Below are positions 59,533-64,000 of a DNA stretch of 64,000 nucleotides, one piece after another; within the stretch, counting starts at the first letter, position 1, and each line of letters opens with the position of its first letter. Source of the stretch: Aquabacterium sp. Lineage in GTDB: Bacteria > Pseudomonadota > Gammaproteobacteria > Burkholderiales > Burkholderiaceae_C. The position numbers and the translations under genes are program-made. The stretch is taken from the NCBI GenBank assembly GCA_044377715.1, contig JBILYN010000001.1, forward strand, positions 13,892-77,891, read 5' to 3'. Under the pieces are notes generated by a model, which ran no database searches, had not been told where the DNA came from, and saw only the letters and a program-made list of their open reading frames with translations.

Positions 59533-60900
59533 TTATCTCTGCGCGGTCTTGCCCGACTTCCTGGCTGGACGCTTGGCTGATGCCCTGGCCGAGGGCGCAG
59601 CGGCGACCTGCAGCGCGGCTTCAGTGGCCATCTCGTCCTGGTGGGATTCGGCCTGCGCTGTCACGTTGTAGCGCGCGATGAAATCCCTGACCACCGGGTA
59701 GGCCATGTCGCGCCAGCGCCGCCCGGCGAAGATCCCGTAATGGCCGGCACCTTCGACGTCGTAGTGGAACATGCGATCCTTCGGGATGCCTGTACACAGC
59801 GCGTGCGCGGCGCGGGTCTGGCCTGCGCCCGAAATGTCGTCGAGTTCACCCTCGACTGTCAGCATCGCACTGGTCGTGATGTCTTGCGGCCGCACCTGCA
59901 CGCCGTCCTTGTACCAAGTGCCGTTGACCAGCGCGAAGTCCTGGAACACCGCCTTGATGGTGTCGAGGTAGTACTCGGCGGGCATGTCGAGCACGGCGTT
60001 GTACTCGTCGTAGAACTGACGGTGCGATTCGGCCGAGCTGTCGTCGCCACGGATCAGGTCGAGGAAGTAGTCATAGTGCGAGCTGACGTGGCGATCAGGA
60101 TTCATCGCGACGAAACCGGTGTGCTGGAGAAAGCCAGGGTAAACGCGCCGGCCCGCGCCGGCAAAGTTGTTCGGCACCTTGTAGATCACGTTGTTCTCGA
60201 ACCACTCGAAGCTCTTGGTGGTCGCCAGGTTGTTGACCGAGGTTGGCGACAAGCGGGCGTCGATCGGCCCGCCCATCATCGTCAGCGTGCGTGGCGTGAA
60301 TTCACCCTGGGTCGCCAGCAGCGACACGGCGGCCAGCACCGGCACGGTGGGCTGGCAGACCGAGATCACGTTGACCTCGGGGCCGACAAAGCGGATGAAC
60401 TCCTGCACATAAGCCACGTAGTCGTTGAGGTGGAACGCGCCAGCGTCGACCGGCACGGTGCGGGCGTCGGTCCAGTCGGTGATCAGCACCTTGTGGTCGC
60501 GCAGCAGCACCTTGACCGTGTCACGCAGCAGCGTACTGTGATGGCCTGACAGCGGCGCGACCACCAGCACGGTGGGCTGGTGCTTCATCTTTTCCAGCAC
60601 CTGGGTGTTGTCGGAGAAGCGCTTGAAGCGCAGCAAGCGGCAAAACGGTTTGCTGAGGGCGACCTGCTCCTGCACCGCGACCTCAACGCCATCGACCATC
60701 ACGCCGCGGATGCCGAACTCGGGCTTTTCGTATTCCTTGGCCAGCCGGTGCATCAGGTCCAGGCCGGCCGACACGCGCTGTGCCATCGGGGTGTGCGAGA
60801 AGGCCGACAGCGGGTGGGTGTAGAGCTTGGCCGAGGCGCTGGCGAACTCGGAGAACGGTGCCATCAACGCGCGTTGGGTTTCGTACAGCTGGTACAGCAT
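59533..60900 (-). CDS. phaZ: Intracellular polyhydroxyalkanoate depolymerase
   Basis: MLYQLYETQR, VAPLSGHHSTLLR, SVCQP, MGGPID, VEGELDDISG, GHYGIF. Confidence 0.94.
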   Translation of the reverse strand: MLYQLYETQRALMAPFSEFASASAKLYTHPLSAFSHTPMAQRVSAGLDLMHRLAKEYEKPEFGIRGVMVDGVEVAVQEQVALSKPFCRLLRFKRFSDNTQVLEKMKHQPTVLVVAPLSGHHSTLLRDTVKVLLRDHKVLITDWTDARTVPVDAGAFHLNDYVAYVQEFIRFVGPEVNVISVCQPTVPVLAAVSLLATQGEFTPRTLTMMGGPIDARLSPTSVNNLATTKSFEWFENNVIYKVPNNFAGAGRRVYPGFLQHTGFVAMNPDRHVSSHYDYFLDLIRGDDSSAESHRQFYDEYNAVLDMPAEYYLDTIKAVFQDFALVNGTWYKDGVQVRPQDITTSAMLTVEGELDDISGAGQTRAAHALCTGIPKDRMFHYDVEGAGHYGIFAGRRWRDMAYPVVRDFIARYNVTAQAESHQDEMATEAALQVAAAPSARASAKRPARKSGKTAQR

Positions 60901-60986
60901 GGTCTCGATTCTCCGAAAGTGGGGCAGGTCGTCAGCCGAAAAGCCTGTTCAACCGGCCTCGGTGCTGAGTCATGGGGTCAAAATTG

Positions 60987-60998
60987 TGCAGTGCAGCA
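60987..60998. promoter_or_regulatory. Candidate PhaR operator upstream of phaZ
   Basis: TGCAGTGCAGCA fits the TGCRNYGCASMA-type PhaR consensus recalled from alphaproteobacterial work. Confidence 0.4.
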
Positions 60999-61108
60999 AT
61001 TATGATCCCAATCGAGCCAGTTTGCACGCCTGACTCACCATGGATGCTCAGAAAAACGAGACTGAGGCTGTCCGATTCGGCCAGCCGCCCCAATCTTGGC
61101 CGTGCCGA

Positions 61109-62317
61109 TCAGATGACCTGGGCGATCGCAGCGACCACATGGTCGATGTTGCCGGTGTTGAGCGCTGCCACGCATATGCGGCCCGAATCGACGCCGTAGA
61201 CGCCGAACTCGTCGCGCAATCGTTCCATCTGCGGCTTGCTCAAGCCCGAGTAGCTGAACATGCCGCGCTGTCGGGTGATGAAACTGAAATCCTGCTGCTT
61301 GCCATCGGCTGCCAGCCTGGCGTTGAGCTTGTCTAGCAAGAGCGAGCGCATCTGCTTGATGCGCTGGCGCATCGTGGCGAGCTCCTGCTCCCATTGCGCG
61401 CGCAGCGCCGGGGTGTCGAGCACGGTGGCCACCACTTGCGCGCCGTGGGTCGGCGGGTTGCTGTAGTTGGTACGGATTGCCACTTTGAGTTGCGACAGCA
61501 CCCGGGCGGCCTCGTCGGCGTCGGCGCAGACCACGTTGAGCGCGCCGACCCGCTCGCCGTAGAGAGAAAAGCTCTTGGAGAACGAGGTCGCGACGAAGAA
61601 TTCCAGCCCCGAGGCGATGAACTGCTGCACCACCGCGCCGTCCTCCTGGATGCCGTCGCCAAATCCCTGATAGGCCAAGTCGAGAAACGGCACCAGGCCG
61701 CGTGATTTGAGCACCGCGATCACCTGTTCCCACTGCGCGGCCGTGATGTCGTAGCCGGTCGGGTTGTGGCAGCAGGCGTGCAGCACTGCGATCGTGCCCG
61801 GCGCTGCAGCCCTCAGGTCGGCCAGCATCGCGTCGAAACGAATGCCACGGTTCTGCACGTCGTAATAGGCATAGGTGCTGACCGTGAAACCGGCATTGGT
61901 GAACAGCGCGCGGTGGTTTTCCCAGCTCGGGTCGCTGATCAACACCGTTGCATCCGGGTTGAGTTTCTTGAGGAAGTCGGCGCCTACCTTCAGGCCGCCG
62001 GTGCCGCCCAGGGCCTGGATGGTCGCCACCCGACCGGCCTTGAGCACTGGACTGTCGGCGCCGAACACCAGTCGTTGCACCGCCTTGTCGTATGCAACGA
62101 TGCCGTCTATCGGCAGGTAGCCGCGTGGTTTGGCGGCGTCGTTGAGCTGCTGCTCAGCTGCCCTGACACAGGCCAGCAGCGGCAGCTTGCCTGCATCGTC
62201 GAAATAAACCCCCACACCCAGGTTGACCTTGTTGGCATGCTTGTCGGCGGCGAATTGCTCGTTCAGGCCGAGGATGGGGTCGCGCGGCGCCAGTTGGACA
62301 GCGGTAAAAAGCGTCAT
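61109..62317 (-). CDS. tyrB: Aromatic amino acid/aspartate aminotransferase (TyrB/AspC)
   Basis: APRDPILG, KVNLGVGVY, LGGTGGL, HACCHNPTG, DLAYQGF, SFSKSFSLYGERVG, SGRICVA. Confidence 0.92.
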   Translation of the reverse strand: MTLFTAVQLAPRDPILGLNEQFAADKHANKVNLGVGVYFDDAGKLPLLACVRAAEQQLNDAAKPRGYLPIDGIVAYDKAVQRLVFGADSPVLKAGRVATIQALGGTGGLKVGADFLKKLNPDATVLISDPSWENHRALFTNAGFTVSTYAYYDVQNRGIRFDAMLADLRAAAPGTIAVLHACCHNPTGYDITAAQWEQVIAVLKSRGLVPFLDLAYQGFGDGIQEDGAVVQQFIASGLEFFVATSFSKSFSLYGERVGALNVVCADADEAARVLSQLKVAIRTNYSNPPTHGAQVVATVLDTPALRAQWEQELATMRQRIKQMRSLLLDKLNARLAADGKQQDFSFITRQRGMFSYSGLSKPQMERLRDEFGVYGVDSGRICVAALNTGNIDHVVAAIAQVI

Positions 62318-62501
62318 AGCTCAGGTCCTGACATAGTCGTTAGCTTTGGGATGCGGGCTGAGAACAAGGTGTCGTGGAGGCCTGGGCTGGCATCAGCGTC
62401 TGGTCTGCGCTACCCTGTCGAGTTGCTCGTGGGCCGCCTGGCGGTTTCAAACACGAGGGCCAATTTTAGTGGCAACGCTCTACCACTCCAGGGAATCTTC
62501 G

Positions 62502-64000
62502 ATGTCCGACCTCACCGAGCTGCCTGACCCGGCGCTGAGCACCACTGCCCCGGCCGAAGGCTTGTTCGTCAGCTACCCCGACTCGCCGTTCCAGCTGTTC
62601 CAGCCTTACCCGCCGGCGGGCGACCAACCCACCGCGATCGAGCAACTGATCGAGGGCGTGCAAGACGGTCTGGCCTACCAGACCTTGCTGGGCGTGACCG
62701 GCTCGGGCAAGACCTTCACGATGGCCAATGTGATCGCCAGGCTGGGCCGGCCAGCGATCGTCTTCGCGCCCAACAAGACCCTGGCCGCGCAGCTCTACGC
62801 CGAGTTTCGCGAGTTTTTTCCGAAGAACGCGGTCGAGTATTTTGTCAGCTATTACGACTACTACCAGCCCGAGGCCTATGTGCCGCAGCGCGACCTGTTC
62901 ATCGAGAAGGACTCGTCGATCAACGAGCACATCGAGCAGATGCGGCTCTCGGCGACCAAGAGCGTGCTCGAGCGCCGCGACACGGTGATCGTCGCGTCGG
63001 TCAGCGCGATCTACGGCATCGGCAACCCGGCCGACTATGCGCAGATGCGATTCATCGTGCGCGTGGGCGACCGAATTGGCCAGCGCGACATCATCGCCCA
63101 GCTGATCCGCATGCAGTACAGCCGCAATGACGTCGACTTCTCGCGCGGCAGCTTCAGGGTTCGCGGCGACACCATCGACGTCTTCCCCGCCGAGCATTCC
63201 GAGCTGGCGGTGCGGCTCGAGCTGTTCGACGACGAGATCGAGAGCCTGAGCCTGCTCGACCCGCTGACAGGGCGCGTGCGCCAGAAAGTGCCGCGCTTCA
63301 CGATCTACCCCAAGAGCCATTACGTGACGCCGCGCGAGCGGGTGCTGGCCGCCATCGAGACCATCAAGGCCGAGCTGCGCGAGCGCACCGCGCACTTCGT
63401 CGCCGAAGGCAAGCTGGTCGAGGCCCAGCGCATCGAGCAGCGCACCCGCTTTGACCTCGAAATGATGCAGGAGGTGGGCCACTGCAAGGGCATCGAAAAC
63501 TACAGCCGGCATCTTTCAGGCGGCAAGCCGGGTGAGCCGCCTTCCACGCTGGTCGACTACCTGCCGCCCGACGCGATCATGTTCTTCGACGAGAGCCATG
63601 TGCTGATCGGCCAGTTTGGCGGCATGTACAACGGCGACAAGGCGCGCAAGACCACGCTGGTCGAGTACGGTTTCAGGCTGCCCAGCGCGATGGACAACCG
63701 GCCGCTGAAGTTCGCCGAGTTCGAAGGCAAGATCCGCCAATCGGTCTTCGTCTCGGCCACCCCCGCCGCCTACGAGCAAGAGCATGCCGGCGCGGTGGTC
63801 GAGCAGTTGGTGCGTCCGACTGGCCTGGTTGACCCGATGGTCGAGGTTCGGCCGGCCACCCACCAGGTCGACGACGTGCTGCAGGAGATCCGTGACCGGG
63901 TCGTGATTGGCGAGCGGGTGTTGATCACGACGCTGACCAAGCGCATGGCCGAGCAGCTGACCGACTACCTGACCGACAACGGCGTCAAGGTGCGCTACCT
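62502..64000 (+). CDS. uvrB: Excinuclease ABC subunit B (3' end lies outside the window); not listed in the supplied ORF track
   Basis: My translation gives [80 protein letters not shown]. Confidence 0.97.
   Translation, partial: MSDLTELPDPALSTTAPAEGLFVSYPDSPFQLFQPYPPAGDQPTAIEQLIEGVQDGLAYQTLLGVTGSGKTFTMANVIARLGRPAIVFAPNKTLAAQLYAEFREFFPKNAVEYFVSYYDYYQPEAYVPQRDLFIEKDSSINEHIEQMRLSATKSVLERRDTVIVASVSAIYGIGNPADYAQMRFIVRVGDRIGQRDIIAQLIRMQYSRNDVDFSRGSFRVRGDTIDVFPAEHSELAVRLELFDDEIESLSLLDPLTGRVRQKVPRFTIYPKSHYVTPRERVLAAIETIKAELRERTAHFVAEGKLVEAQRIEQRTRFDLEMMQEVGHCKGIENYSRHLSGGKPGEPPSTLVDYLPPDAIMFFDESHVLIGQFGGMYNGDKARKTTLVEYGFRLPSAMDNRPLKFAEFEGKIRQSVFVSATPAAYEQEHAGAVVEQLVRPTGLVDPMVEVRPATHQVDDVLQEIRDRVVIGERVLITTLTKRMAEQLTDYLTDNGVKVRY

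Noticed and set aside
62318-62501. LexA (SOS) box upstream of uvrB
   Set aside because: No CTGT-N8-ACAG match was found by eye in the intergenic region.

Overview
GC-rich core-chromosome segment of a betaproteobacterium. Gene content and order point to Burkholderiales (Rubrivivax/Ideonella/Comamonadaceae-like); this is inferred from gene synteny, not from a database search. It runs from the 3' part of dxs to the 5' part of uvrB. Housekeeping genes: recJ, apaH, tRNA-Ser(UGA), rpsU, yqeY, ybiB, zapA, 6S RNA, nth, phaZ, tyrB/aspC. Interleaved catabolic and transport modules: YncD/PqqU-like TonB receptor with a MoxY-like kinase, two branched-chain-type ABC systems, a TRAP/5-oxoprolinase/pyroglutamyl-peptidase locus, a Co-type nitrile hydratase operon, an oxalyl-CoA synthetase/reductase-like pair, and a B12 riboswitch with btuB/C/D/F. 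No CRISPR array, integrase or transposase was found. The most striking signal is a dispersed 75-nt triple-hairpin element in five copies, each directly after TGAN. It sits in frame inside an esterase remnant and at the start of livG. A different 77-nt palindromic insert duplicates an ATGA junction and creates a 26-codon relay ORF that keeps livH-livM translational coupling. Other leads: a SenA/EgtB-like protein lacking all three iron-binding histidines, a half-size MetE-like enzyme coupled to an aromatic-acid-type ABC transporter, a degenerate GGDEF protein with an intact I-site, and a decayed response regulator. All family assignments come from motif recognition by eye; no searches were run.
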